Shown: piece by piece, positions 46,033 through 57,583 of the stretch | Layout of the letters: every line of letters starts with the position of its first letter | Position numbering within the stretch: the first letter of the stretch is position 1 | Made by a program: the position numbers and the translations under genes | Assembly (NCBI GenBank): GCA_964019425.1 | Contig: OZ025790.1 | Coordinates: 1,240,001 to 1,304,000 of the forward strand | DNA: 64,000 nt | From: Flectonema sp. DT1601 | Taxonomy: Eukaryota | Direction of reading: 5' to 3' | Notes under the pieces: model-generated | Database searches by the model: none | What the model was told of the DNA's origin: nothing | The model's input: only the letters and a program-made list of their open reading frames with translations

Positions 46033-46127
46033 AACAACTACAAATATTATTTTCAGTCCAATTTTTTTATTTTTAAATACCTAAAAGTTGTTACTGTTGT
46101 TTTACATTGTCAAAATTTTCCTCACCC
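46033..46127. repeat. Short dispersed repeat family B, copy 2
   Basis: Colinear similarity to 20455-20550. Confidence 0.6.
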
Positions 46128-47151
46128 TTTTTATTTATACCGCCATGTTTATTTTTTTTTTTCCAATAAAAAAAAAAAAAAACAAATTCTCTTTTTCTTT
46201 GCGTCACAGTAACTAGGGAATTTCGATGCCCTTGCTGACCAGCTTAAAAAGGGAATACTGTTTTTTTATTTTATTGGCATGGCAGAGAACCTTATTACCC
46301 CTTCCCTGTTTCCTTTACCCCTTCTTCATATAGACCTACTTTCCTTTATAGGAAGCTAAAAGAACAAAATTAATGCTTTTTTTTTTTTTTTACCGAATAC
46401 ATATATCTCTTCTTGCAACTTACAAAAAAAAAAAAATAATAATTGTCGCTGACGTAAATTATTCTTTTAGCGTTTCACGTTTTTTCGTCTTCGCGTGTTT
46501 TTTCGCTTAGAAACAAAAACACTTTCATTTTAAATTAAAATACAGTTATTTTCTTTTCTAGCTTCTTTTTTGCAGTATCCGAAATTGGTGGTAAGTCGAT
46601 TACTCGTTTTTGAGTTCAATAATAATATTACAGTAATTTCCTTATCATTGGGGCCAAAAAAAAAATCTTTTTCTTTTGTTTGTTGGTGTTGTGGGAAAAC
46701 GTATTAACTAGGTTACACCAAGACTCTCTGTTTGTGAAGTTTAGTCTCTTCGAATGGGCTTGAGGATTGGTGTTCGGTAGTGTGAATTCCTGCTTTCTTC
46801 CTTTCTTGGTTGGTTCAATTAAAGAGGTCATCCTTCAAGTTGAGTATTATCATTATACGCTGAGCAATAAAGTTTCAGATGTGTTTCATTTAAACTATCG
46901 ACTTAACAAGTATTGATTACCTTCATAACTGTTCTAACAGAGGTTCCTTCTGAGAAGGTCCTCCGATGTGATGTGCCGTGTCATGGGTTTGAATTTTTAT
47001 TAAAAAAAAAAATTATTTGTATTCTTCTCACCAGCTGAATGTCGATTGTCGTGTCAAAAATCTCAACCCAATTAACCATATTGATGTGTTAGTACCAAAC
47101 TGTTGTTATGATTTTTTATAAACAGATTCTTTTTTTTTTTTTAAATAAAAG

Positions 47152-48105
47152 ATGTCGATCAACAAGTTCGATTGGTTTACATTATCCGCTGTTACCATCT
47201 GGCTTTGGGTTGTAGGAACATTCCTATACTGGGGAGCGTTGGTAGGCAAAGAACGATGTTACTACATAACTGTTGTAAGTGTTGGTATTTTGATTACTTG
47301 GTGTTACCTAAGAACTGTATTCACCCATCCGGGAAAGGTTCCCATGGCTTGGAGAGAGAATCCTATTTCTTTATCACCATTGATATCTGGGACAAGGAGG
47401 AGATGGTGTGCGAAGTGTGCTTCTTGGAAACCTCCCAGATCACATCATTGTTCTGTGTGTCAGACTTGCATCTTAAAATACGATCATCACTGTCCCTGGA
47501 TAGCTAATTGTGTTGGATTCTTTAATCACAAATCATTCCTACTCCTTATTATATATTCAGCACTCTTAGACTGGTTCCTTGTCTTGAGCTGTTTTGATTC
47601 GGTTAACTCGTGTCTTGTTGAAGGTCAGGTTGGAGGATGGTGTTCAACAGGTATTGCTGTGACTAATTTTTATTTTGCGTACTTCACAGCTGGGACTTTG
47701 GGGATTCTGTTAACGATATTCGGATCACATCATTTGTCTTTGACGGCTAAGAATTGCACTACTGTAGAGTCACTAGATCTGTGTGGTTATAATATGTATC
47801 AAAGATCTATATTTCAAAATTATAAAGAAGCCATGGGTGAGGATGTTGTAATGTGGCTTTTACCGACTGTTCCAAAACATACTTCTAGTGGAGAGCTTGG
47901 TGTTAACTTTTCAGTCAATCCGTCACTTCAATCTTCTGTTACTCCGATCGTACCACATCCTCAACGAATCAATTTAAATAGTCAATCTCATTATGGAACG
48001 ATGGATCATTGTAGTCTTAGTGCTCACTCTTTTGAATCGACTCCTGGACCTCGAACTCCTGAGGCAAGAATTCCTCCTCCAGTTCGCGTTACAATCGATG
48101 CGTAG
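47152..48105 (+). CDS. DHHC palmitoyltransferase
   Basis: CAKCASWKPPRSHHCSVCQTCILKYDHHCPWIANCVGFFNHKSF, NCTTVE and four TM segments. Confidence 0.97.
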   Translation: MSINKFDWFTLSAVTIWLWVVGTFLYWGALVGKERCYYITVVSVGILITWCYLRTVFTHPGKVPMAWRENPISLSPLISGTRRRWCAKCASWKPPRSHHCSVCQTCILKYDHHCPWIANCVGFFNHKSFLLLIIYSALLDWFLVLSCFDSVNSCLVEGQVGGWCSTGIAVTNFYFAYFTAGTLGILLTIFGSHHLSLTAKNCTTVESLDLCGYNMYQRSIFQNYKEAMGEDVVMWLLPTVPKHTSSGELGVNFSVNPSLQSSVTPIVPHPQRINLNSQSHYGTMDHCSLSAHSFESTPGPRTPEARIPPPVRVTIDA

Positions 48106-48733
48106 TTGTTATTTCACGCAAGTTAAAATACATTCTGTGAAGATATCAACGTATCAAAGTTTGTATCTGCAAGCTGTCTTTAGGTCTCTTTATATTTACG
48201 GTACGTTCATCGTCTTCGAAATAAAACTGAAAATTAAAAACTTTTTTTATTCAGTTTTTTCTATTTAATTGTTACTTTACGTATTTTTTATTCTTTTTTC
48301 GTCGTTGTGAGCCTTGTGGAAGGCGTTGAGTCTCCTCTTCTCAGTCTGATTTTTAATAATTACACTACTTTTACACCAATTTTATGTCCCTCTCGAGTTT
48401 TTTTTTTTTTTTTGTCACTCTTCATTTATTGAACGAGAAAAATTAAAATTTAATATTTTTTTGTGTTTTTTTTATTACTACTTCCCCTTATCAATTTACC
48501 CTCCTAATAGAAATGTCTTAGTGCATTTTTTTTTTTATTTATTTCAATTAAAAAAAAAGTAAGTACTCACTACCTCGTTTGAGTAGGAATTTCATTTTAT
48601 CACATATTTTCCTTAATTGCAGACACATACGCGCTGTGATGTATTTTTTTTGTACGACGTGTTGTGTGGTATTATTATTTTCTCTGTACCAGTTCTGTAA
48701 TCAAATAGGAATTAATTTTTTTTAAAAAAAAAG

Positions 48734-49912
48734 ATGGAAAGAACCGAAGTTCTATTCAAAATTCTCGTCGTCGGAGATGTTGGAGCTGGAAAAAGTAGTT
48801 TCGTAAAGAGGTACGCAAAGGAGAAATGGGTTCACAATTGTAAGCCAACCATCGGTGTAGATTTTGTACTAAAAGAAATAACATTAGATTGTGGTGCTCT
48901 AGTTCGAGTCCAGCTCTGGGATATTGCCGGACAAGAACGCTTCAAAAGCGTCACCAGAATATATTATAAAGAAGCTGTAGGTGCCGTAATTATGTTTGAC
49001 TGCACTAACCAAGACTCACTTAATGGAGTTAAAGACTGGAAGGACGACCTTGACAACAAGGTAACAATGTCAGACGGTTCATTAATGCCTTGCCTGCTAC
49101 TCGGAAATAAATGTGATTTACCTGACGATACTCACATCATTGACCAAGATGGGTTATCGAAAAAAGCAAAAAAAGACAGCTACCACACCGGAAAATTCTG
49201 CTCTGCAAAATCTGGAGAGGGTATCGAAGGGAGCATGAGAGACTTTATACAACACATATTCGATGCGACGCAGAGAGCACCAGTCAAAGCTAAGAAGACA
49301 GTTGAGGAGAAAACGCCTATTGCGTTAGCTCCTTCAAGCGCTGGAAAACCCGTCAGGAATTATAAAATAATTGTGATGGGTACGAGAGGTTCAGGTAGGT
49401 CTTCCTTAATCAAGAAGTTTGTCCATGATACCTTCTCAGCAGTCATGAAGACAACATCATCTCTCTGGGTTGAGACCACCGAAATGGAACTGCGGGATAT
49501 GTCGAAGATAAAAATTCAACTCTGGGATTTACCAACCCAACCCAAAGCAGACAAGTTAAATACTTTATACCACAAGGATGCTGTTGGTGCTATCTTAGTA
49601 TACGACGCGTCTGATCCAAGTAGTCTCAAGAAAGTAAAATTAATGAAGCAAAGCTTATCATCAAAACAACCAACCCTTCCAGTTATACTGATCGCTAATA
49701 AGATTGACCTTCCAGAGGCTACGTTACTCGATGGGAAGGCAGCTGATGAGTTGTGTGCGCAGTTTTCATTTGTTAGTATCGTAGACACTTCTGTTCTTGG
49801 AAATCAGAATGTTTCAGAGCCATTTCACACTCTCTGTAACCACATTTCGAAAACTAATCCAAAGGCAGGCATTACTACTGAACCTGCTAAGAAGAAGTCT
49901 TCCTGTTGTTAG
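48734..49912 (+). CDS. Tandem double-Rab protein: Rab32/38/29-like domain plus degenerate Rab domain, C-terminal CC
   Basis: Domain 1 has GDVGAGKS, PTIGVDF, WDIAGQERF, NKCD and SAK. Domain 2 has GTRGSGRS, WDLPTQ and NKID. The protein ends KKKSSCC. Confidence 0.92.
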   Translation: MERTEVLFKILVVGDVGAGKSSFVKRYAKEKWVHNCKPTIGVDFVLKEITLDCGALVRVQLWDIAGQERFKSVTRIYYKEAVGAVIMFDCTNQDSLNGVKDWKDDLDNKVTMSDGSLMPCLLLGNKCDLPDDTHIIDQDGLSKKAKKDSYHTGKFCSAKSGEGIEGSMRDFIQHIFDATQRAPVKAKKTVEEKTPIALAPSSAGKPVRNYKIIVMGTRGSGRSSLIKKFVHDTFSAVMKTTSSLWVETTEMELRDMSKIKIQLWDLPTQPKADKLNTLYHKDAVGAILVYDASDPSSLKKVKLMKQSLSSKQPTLPVILIANKIDLPEATLLDGKAADELCAQFSFVSIVDTSVLGNQNVSEPFHTLCNHISKTNPKAGITTEPAKKKSSCC

Positions 49913-51254
49913 TCTCTTTCTGACTTGTCCGCTGACAACAATTAGGAGATGTCGCTGTTCATTAACCGACAACTATCTGGAAGATAATTATTTACTTAAA
50001 AAAAAGATAAATAATTACGTCATTCTGATTTTGACTTGTTGAAGATTTTTGAATAGAAATTCTTAAAGAGCCGATCACTACTTAGATGTGGTGTGCACTC
50101 CGGGGGGGTCTGAAGATGAGAAGAAAAAAAAAAGAGAAAAACCCTCTTTTTCTTGAAAGTGCAGGTACCAAATTAATTATCAACAGAACCATGAAGAGAA
50201 AAAAAAAAAAAAAAAAGACACGATCGTGTGGCATGTTTTTTTTCTTTGTGATGCGTTTTTTTTTTTTTTTTTTTTTAAATCTTTTTCCCTTCCCAAGCCG
50301 CTTTGTCCTCGATAGCTCCTTCATTCGGCCTTATGAACCACGTTGAGGGAGTTTTTATTCCACTGTTTCTATGTTCAGTTCTTGTCGGAAGTGGAAGTAA
50401 AGCCGACCACCAACTTCGTGTGAGAATGCGCTGTGTGTTTGAATTGCCAGCAACTCTTATCAGCTACCCACCTTATTGTTTTTCGTTATTGTTAAGTTCT
50501 TTTTCACTTGTGCATGTCTCGTGGTCGTATATTATGTGATTTATAATAATTCCCCCCAACCCCTTCTTCTTTGATACTTTTTTTTTTAAGACTAACTTTA
50601 TGTGTGCTGCTGTTAATAGAGAGGGAAACTGTTCTTCCGACGTCCTCTTTGTTATTTCTATTAACCTAAGGAAGAAGATGTCTGACACTAAGCAAAGTTA
50701 CTTAGTGACGGTCTGGATCGTAGTTAAAGTACGCCTCTTCTCGTCTGTGAGAGTCTCACCCTGACGTCGAAAAAAAAAAAAAAAAAAAAAAAAATGAGAC
50801 AATCGTTTTTGTCTTTGTCTTTTTTTTTTTTTTTTTTTCCCACAACATGTTTTTAATTCATGGTTGATTGATTATAATTTTTTTTGTTTTTTGTTTTTTT
50901 TGTCTGCTCTACTTTTAGTAATTATGTTGTGACAGCATGTCAAGTTAAAAACCCCTTTTGCGGCTCGAATTTGAAAAAAAAAAAGAAAAACAATGCATCG
51001 AGTGTGTTACCAAAGTAGTAGACAGACCAAATCGGGTGCTAAATTTTATCAATGTGTCCCCCCTCCGTGCTTGGGAAGGTTGTGGTCGAAATAATCGTTT
51101 AGTTTATAGTTTTTTTTTTTTTTTTTTTTTTGTGTGCAATGAAGGGTATCTTATATTTTTATCATATATATAACTCAGTTATTTACAACCAGTCAATGAA
51201 ATAGATCACAAAAACACTGTTCTTCCAATAGTATTTCCTACCATTTCAGAGGTG

Positions 51255-53551
51255 ATGCCAGTATCTGTGGATACATCCCCCCGTAGATGGTATATGTCGA
51301 TGTCATCTCCTGAAGGACAGCGTCAGTTTAACGGAGATGGTATAAGTGTCTTAGGAGCACCTGGAGGACCAGCCAGTAGATCACTGTCACCAGCCAGAAA
51401 GAATGCTGCGAAAGCCTTACAAGTAACGGGCATCACTGATATGGATTTCTTAAACGGCAGATACGATCTTCAACAAACCGGATTATTCGTTCAAAGACAA
51501 GGAACTGCTGTATTACAATTCAGAGATGGTCGATGGAGGTTTTCACCACAGTCAAACGACGGTTGGTGGGCCAGCTCACCGACTCTCCTCGGTCAGTGGT
51601 CAAGAGATACCAGTGCTGGTGATGCGATCACTGGATTATATCCTTTTGTAGCAGCCGTTGAGACAAAGGAACCACTTCTACTAATAAATACCGAAACAGA
51701 TATGCATCATCCGCAATCTGATAAGGCTTCAGAAATAAATAGTCTCATTCAGCAATTAGAAACCGCCAAACTACGATCAGAACACGCTGGACAACTCCGC
51801 CACGAACTTGACATAGCCCAACAAGAAAGACACACAGAGCGATCCTTATATCTTAAAGACATTGCTAATGAAAAGGATGCCACTCAGCATTACATAAATG
51901 CGTTGCGAAATGAACACTACTCAGAGCTGTCTCAGGTGACGTCCGAGAAGCACAAAATAACATACGAAGCCAATGAAATAATAAATGAACTACAACACAA
52001 CATCCTACAAGTCCAACAGAATGAAGGCCGTGCTGTGTTGTTGTACGAAGAGGCTGAGGCATATCTACAAATATTTTCATTCGCAATGACTCCATTGCGG
52101 AGTCAAGTAGAAGCAGGTTTGCGCGCTGCTCTATCAGAGAGACTGGCCCACGAAGAGACGGTTAAGGAAATAGCACTAAAGAGTCAACAACTACAAATAG
52201 CTGAAAACAACAGAATCACATTGGAATCTGAAATAGAAACAGAGCGGGGGGCTCATCATAAAACAGCTCTCGGAGCTGAACACTTAACTCTTGAGTTGGA
52301 GAATTGGAGGTCTGAAGTTAGGGAAACTATGTTATTGGAACAGGAAAACTATGAATCTCGTGTACGTGCAGCGGAAGATAAAATGAACTCAGCAATCGCT
52401 GCAGAACAACAAGTCATAGCAATAAACAATCTACAGAGAGAAGAGCTGAGTAAACTGACAGGTCAGCTTCACTCAGCAGATGATGAGAAAGTAATTGCTA
52501 TCAATCACCTCAGAGATCAAGTTGAGAAGCTTTCTAGAACAAGAGTAACTGAAGACAAAGTCAAAGAAGAACTCTTAAATGAAGTAACAGACCTTCGACT
52601 AAAGGCCAGGGGAATGGATGATATTCGAAGCCAGAGTATGTGACAAAATAAAATATTACAATCGTAACTATAAAACAACAACAAACCCCCCAACACAGAT
52701 ATCGGTGGTCGTGTAGAATGCATCGCCGTTGCAGCGAAGATGCCGATGAAGGAACTCAAACAGGTATTTACATAAATAGATTTCTAATACTTCCTTCTGA
52801 ATGATTCGATTTGTTAGTTGTCTCTCTTGTGGAATACTCAAAGCTCTATTATAATAAATAAAACAAAAAACAGAAACCAGCTGAGCTTGGGGAACGAATT
52901 GACGAAATCGCAGCAAACATCGTAAAGAGAATGGAAACCTTCGAAGAGGAATTGGCATCAGCGGATGTGAAACACCTCGAGTTAGAGAAAGAAATGTCAC
53001 TTTTACAGCATCGACACCAAACAGCTCAAAATCAAGCAGCAGAAGCAAGCAGGTTTGAGTCACAGGTTGAAGAGGAAAAGCAAAAACTGATTTGCAAAGA
53101 AGAGGAATTACATTTCATCAAAGAAAGTCAAGAAGCACTTCAACAACAATTGAACGAGACGCACGACGCTATGAACGAAGCGGCAGTCGAAATGGAAAGT
53201 CTTCGAGAAAAAGTTAAGAACTCAGAAGTTGAACAAGGGGTAATCAAGTCACTCGCTGATCAGGTTAAAGAATTGGAATCAAAAGGTGACATCCACAGCT
53301 CTTTACGAATAGCTGAAGATCGATTAGTTAATTTAGAACAAAATGCTCAAGTTGAAAAAGATAATTTAATGAAGAGAATTCATGACTATGAATCAGTTCT
53401 TCCTAGTGGAGTTCAACCACCTCTTGGAGATGGAGGAGGAACAACTGTTATAGTAGAGCCACTCTCAATGTTTTCACAAACTGCTCCATCCATTCCATCG
53501 ACTGTTAGTGCGATGGGTCTCAATCATCATCAGCAGCAGCAGCAACAACAA

Positions 53552-53637
<86 letters not shown>

Positions 53638-54025
53638 CTTTCAGAGACATCAATATTCTGTCGGTGGCCACTTTACTGATCAGTTAGACCCTCCCTTCTC
53701 AGCTTCAAAACATGTTTCTCCCAAGCGACTGTATGCTGCAGTTCCAAATGCGGCCCTCAGTTCTCCTCCTCCGCCTGCTTTGCCGCATCAAAATCGTCGA
53801 ATTTCTCCAACAATTCCACCAGCCGTTAGCCATCCGAGTGAGTCTCTTCAAATATCGAGAGATGTGTTGATGAGACCTCCTGCTGCTGTACCACCTCCAG
53901 CTGCTCCTCCGCCTAAACAGTCTGAAGGGATATGGGCGTCACCTGCTTCTATCGAATATTATCATCATAGAAGTGATACTCCGACTATGAGAATGTGGAT
54001 GAACAATCAACATCCCCGTTATTAA
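51255..54025 (+). CDS. Long coiled-coil protein with poly-Q and Pro-rich tail, ~865 aa; exons 51255-52635, 52699-52763, 52874-54025
   Basis: Introns 52636-52698 and 52764-52873 give a continuous frame (..IRSQ-NIGGRVECIAVAAKMPMKELKQ-KPAELGERIDEIAANIVKRMETF..). Confidence 0.8.
53531..53635 (+). repeat. Coding (CAG/CAA)35 poly-glutamine tract
   Basis: 105 nt of mixed CAG/CAA codons. Confidence 0.97.
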
Positions 54026-54373
54026 AAATAGCTGCTTGTTACTACTGCAGACAAATCTCATTTCTTATTGTAGCTTTGTCTTTTGAGCTGACTATTATAG
54101 CAGCAAACATAAAGACCGATAAAAAATGAATCCTTTTTATCATTCGTTAAGTTCCCACTTTAGAACATAAATTGTACCTGTCATTCTGATAGATAAAAAA
54201 AAAAATAGATTTTCGGTTTCTTTTTTTTTTGTTTTTACAACCTCGTTTGGCTAATTATCATTTATTCAAAAAAAAAAAACAGGTTATTAATGTGTTGGTG
54301 GGGTGTTGTTTTGTTATTTTTTCTGTAAATATTTATTTTTTATATTCTAATTATCCCTTTTAGAATTAATAAG

Positions 54374-55816
54374 ATGAAGTCAATGTTGGTTGCTGGACTC
54401 GTCGCGACTGGTTTCGCGGCGAAGGATGCTGATCTGGTTAAACAGGTCCCTGGATTCCAAGAGACATCATTCAAAGTGTACTCTGGTTATTTAACTGTGA
54501 AGGGACCATTTAAGCAGAACGACTACGATGAATTAAATATCCATTACCAGTTGGACACTTCTCAGGGAAGCAGCAACGACCCAGTTGTAACATGGCACCA
54601 GGGTGGACCAGGAGGTTCATCTTTGTACGGAGCTTACACAGAGATGGGATACTTTCAGGTTTCTGACTCTGGTCCATTCGTTAACCCACACGCATGGAAT
54701 AAGAGAGCTCACATGCTCTACTTAGAATCACCTGCTGGGTCATCTGATCCAATCGGATTCTCAACCTGCTCCAAGAATGGTCAGATTCAGCCAGTTTGCT
54801 CTTGGAATGATACTTCCCAGGCTGAGGCTTACGCACATACGTTGTTGACCTTTTACCAAAACTTCCCTGAGTACAAATCCAATGACTTGTACCTCACTGG
54901 TGAGTCTTACGCTGGACAGTACATTCCAAACATTGCTTACTACATTACTTCAAACATGGAGGCTCAGTTCAGCAACTTGAAGGGAATTGCTGTCGGAAAC
55001 GGATGCTGGGGAGGGTCTGCCAACCAAGTCTCATGCAACGGTCCACACGCTGAGCGTAATGACGTTGACTTGTTTTTTGGAAAGGGTCTCGTAGCGAAGA
55101 AGCTCAAGGAGGAGATCTATGACTCATGTGGATACACAGGAAAGGTTAAGGATCCAGTTAGATGTGGTATTGCATTTGATAAGATGGACCAAGAAGTAGG
55201 ACCTCACAACGTGTATGATATTTATGACAACTGCCCAGATGCTGCTCTCTGGATGGAAGCTTCAGGTAAGACCATGTCCTGGTTGAGAAACCATCTTCGT
55301 GAAAACATGAACACCCCAAACATCCACCAGCTTACAAAAGAACTTGGTGGAGGATACGACTGGGCCTGTGGTGGAATGCCACAAACAAAAGACTTCTTCT
55401 CAAGAAAGGAAGTCCAGGAAGCCCTCCATCTTGGAAGACCAGAGCAGTCCAGATTCAGCTATGACTCATCTGGTCCAGCTTCTATTACATTGTACCCAAC
55501 TTTGGCAAAGAAGCTTCGCGTATTGATTTACAATGGTGACTCTGACTCCTGTGTGCCATACAACGGAAACGAGGAATGGACTACTGGTTTGGCCTCAGCA
55601 GGAATCTTGAAGGAAAAGAAAGCTTGGCATCCATGGTTTATCACCCCAGGAGCACCAGTCCCAGCTGGTTACGCCACCAGCTACAATGTTACCGGAGCTC
55701 CAACTAAGGACTTCACCTTCATCACCATTCGTCTTGCTGGGCACATGGTTCCTAACTTCCAGCCTGCTGCTGCTTATGCGTTCTTCGACAGATACATGTC
55801 TGGCAAGGATTTCTAA
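54374..55816 (+). CDS. Serine carboxypeptidase, family S10
   Basis: Signal peptide, WHQGGPGGSS, GESYAG, YNGDSDSCVP and AGHMVP. Confidence 0.97.
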   Translation: MKSMLVAGLVATGFAAKDADLVKQVPGFQETSFKVYSGYLTVKGPFKQNDYDELNIHYQLDTSQGSSNDPVVTWHQGGPGGSSLYGAYTEMGYFQVSDSGPFVNPHAWNKRAHMLYLESPAGSSDPIGFSTCSKNGQIQPVCSWNDTSQAEAYAHTLLTFYQNFPEYKSNDLYLTGESYAGQYIPNIAYYITSNMEAQFSNLKGIAVGNGCWGGSANQVSCNGPHAERNDVDLFFGKGLVAKKLKEEIYDSCGYTGKVKDPVRCGIAFDKMDQEVGPHNVYDIYDNCPDAALWMEASGKTMSWLRNHLRENMNTPNIHQLTKELGGGYDWACGGMPQTKDFFSRKEVQEALHLGRPEQSRFSYDSSGPASITLYPTLAKKLRVLIYNGDSDSCVPYNGNEEWTTGLASAGILKEKKAWHPWFITPGAPVPAGYATSYNVTGAPTKDFTFITIRLAGHMVPNFQPAAAYAFFDRYMSGKDF

Positions 55817-56287
55817 GACTTCTTTAACACTTATGAAAGTGAAAGGTTAGTCACAAGAATTTAAGAGGAAAAAGAAAAAACGGCCTCACAGGTTTTCTAT
55901 TTTCTTTTTTTTTTGTTTGTTTTATTTAATCCCCGTACCTGTGAGTTTTGGAGTTGGAATTCCTTAAGGAATTTCTGATTCCAATATACCCGACCCTATT
56001 TTTTTTGCGTTGAAAACAAGTGTGTTTGTGTTCCCATTCTGTTTCCTTGTTTAAGCATCGAATTAGCGAAAAACAATTTTTTCTTCTCTCTTTTTATTTT
56101 TTTTTTATAAACATTTGTGGGTCTTTCTGAGATCCATTTTTTTGGTTTAAAAAAAAAGAAAAAGAAAAAAAACGATCGGTTTTCCCCCCGTTGTGTGGAT
56201 ATGTTTTTATGACACCCCGTCCGCTCTTCTTGGTTACCTTTACATCAAAGTGATACTATCTCCCTTTACACACACACAGTAACATAA

Positions 56288-57583
56288 ATGATGGTTACAT
56301 CATTATCCCTACAGGGAAGCATAACACCGCTGTCTGTTACGTCATTCGATGGTTGCTGTGATGATGTTTGTGTTGGTCCTAATACAACCGTCTACCACGT
56401 GAAAGAACAAATTGCTGAGATTCAAGGTATCAATCCGGCCTATTTCGTTATGACTTATGCTGGAGAAGTACTACAAGAAAGTAAATTAATAACTGGATAT
56501 GGTGTCAGTGATGGTGATCAATTCGTAATGGAGCATTCCGACTTCGCCGTTGCCTTAATCGAACTCGGTGACATAAAACCAACAGCGGAAAACCTAGTTC
56601 GAGAAGCAAGAGAAGGAGGAACAATGGTTGGATGGTTAATAAAAGCAGGCGTACCCGTAGATGCTGAAAACTCACAAGGACTAACTGCTCTGGTTGCCGC
56701 CTGCTCATCACACAAACGACGGGATGATATTGTAAGAAAACTACTTGACAGCGGAGCTCAAGTAAATAAATTAAATGACACAGGATCTACCCCTCTACGT
56801 CTTGCAGCTTGTCAAGGCCACCCCAGCATTGTTCAGCTTCTTATAAATAAAGGAGCAGATATTAATAAGTGTGGTAAGGATGGGATTTCTCCTCTTAACT
56901 TTGCCTGTAGAAACGGTCACGAAGAAGTAGTTCAGCAACTTATTTATTATAAAGCCGATGTGAACCAACCAAACAGAGATGGTTTTACACCTGTCTTCTT
57001 TGCGGCATTAAAAGGACATGATTCCATAGTTCAGCTTCTTCTTGATCATGGAGCTGAAATAAATAGTGTTAATAATAGAGGATTGACTCCACTGATAGCA
57101 GCTTGTGTAAACGGTTGGGAAAGAGTCGTTAAGGTCCTACTCCGCAGTCAGGCAAAGGTAGATCAGTGTTGCAGAAATGGCTGCTCACCTCTCTTCGCAG
57201 CAGCAAAAAATGGACACTTTGCGGTTGTCGTGTTGCTCCTTCGGTATAATGCTGAAGTTGATTTCATAACAGAGAATGGATACACACCTCTATTCGCTGC
57301 AGCAAAACATGGACACCTTCCAGTTGTAAACTTTTTAATTAGCAGGGGAGCCAGTGCCAACAGATTAAGTAAAAATAACTGTACTCCACTAGCGGCTGCT
57401 GTGGAATGTGGACACACAAGTGTTGTTGAAGAGCTTATCAAAAGAGGTGCGGATGTAAATAAGAAATACCGTGGACAAACACCTTTAAGAATAGCTACGG
57501 TTGCGGGCAATGAAACAGTTAAAAAACTATTATTGGAAAACGGAGCCGTTGAATTTTCAAATAGCTGTTGTTGCATTGCTTAG
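56288..57583 (+). CDS. Ubiquitin-like domain + ankyrin-repeat protein with C-terminal CaaX motif
   Basis: TVYHVKEQIAEIQGINPAYFVMTYAGEVLQESKLITGYGV (UBL), ~9 ankyrin repeats (GxTPLxxAA.NGH) and a terminal SCCCIA. Confidence 0.92.
   Translation: MMVTSLSLQGSITPLSVTSFDGCCDDVCVGPNTTVYHVKEQIAEIQGINPAYFVMTYAGEVLQESKLITGYGVSDGDQFVMEHSDFAVALIELGDIKPTAENLVREAREGGTMVGWLIKAGVPVDAENSQGLTALVAACSSHKRRDDIVRKLLDSGAQVNKLNDTGSTPLRLAACQGHPSIVQLLINKGADINKCGKDGISPLNFACRNGHEEVVQQLIYYKADVNQPNRDGFTPVFFAALKGHDSIVQLLLDHGAEINSVNNRGLTPLIAACVNGWERVVKVLLRSQAKVDQCCRNGCSPLFAAAKNGHFAVVVLLLRYNAEVDFITENGYTPLFAAAKHGHLPVVNFLISRGASANRLSKNNCTPLAAAVECGHTSVVEELIKRGADVNKKYRGQTPLRIATVAGNETVKKLLLENGAVEFSNSCCCIA

Noticed and set aside
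55958..55973. 16-bp perfect palindrome aattccttaaggaatt, and similar short stems at 32015-32036 and ~45018-45085
   Set aside because: These are isolated, low-complexity or AT-rich, and plausibly chance occurrences in 64 kb.
20650..57583. Apparent lipidation cluster (FNTA, DHHC, CC-Rab, CaaX protein)
   Set aside because: The genes are spread over 37 kb among unrelated genes, Rab CC motifs use a different prenyltransferase, and polycistronic units are generally not functionally grouped.
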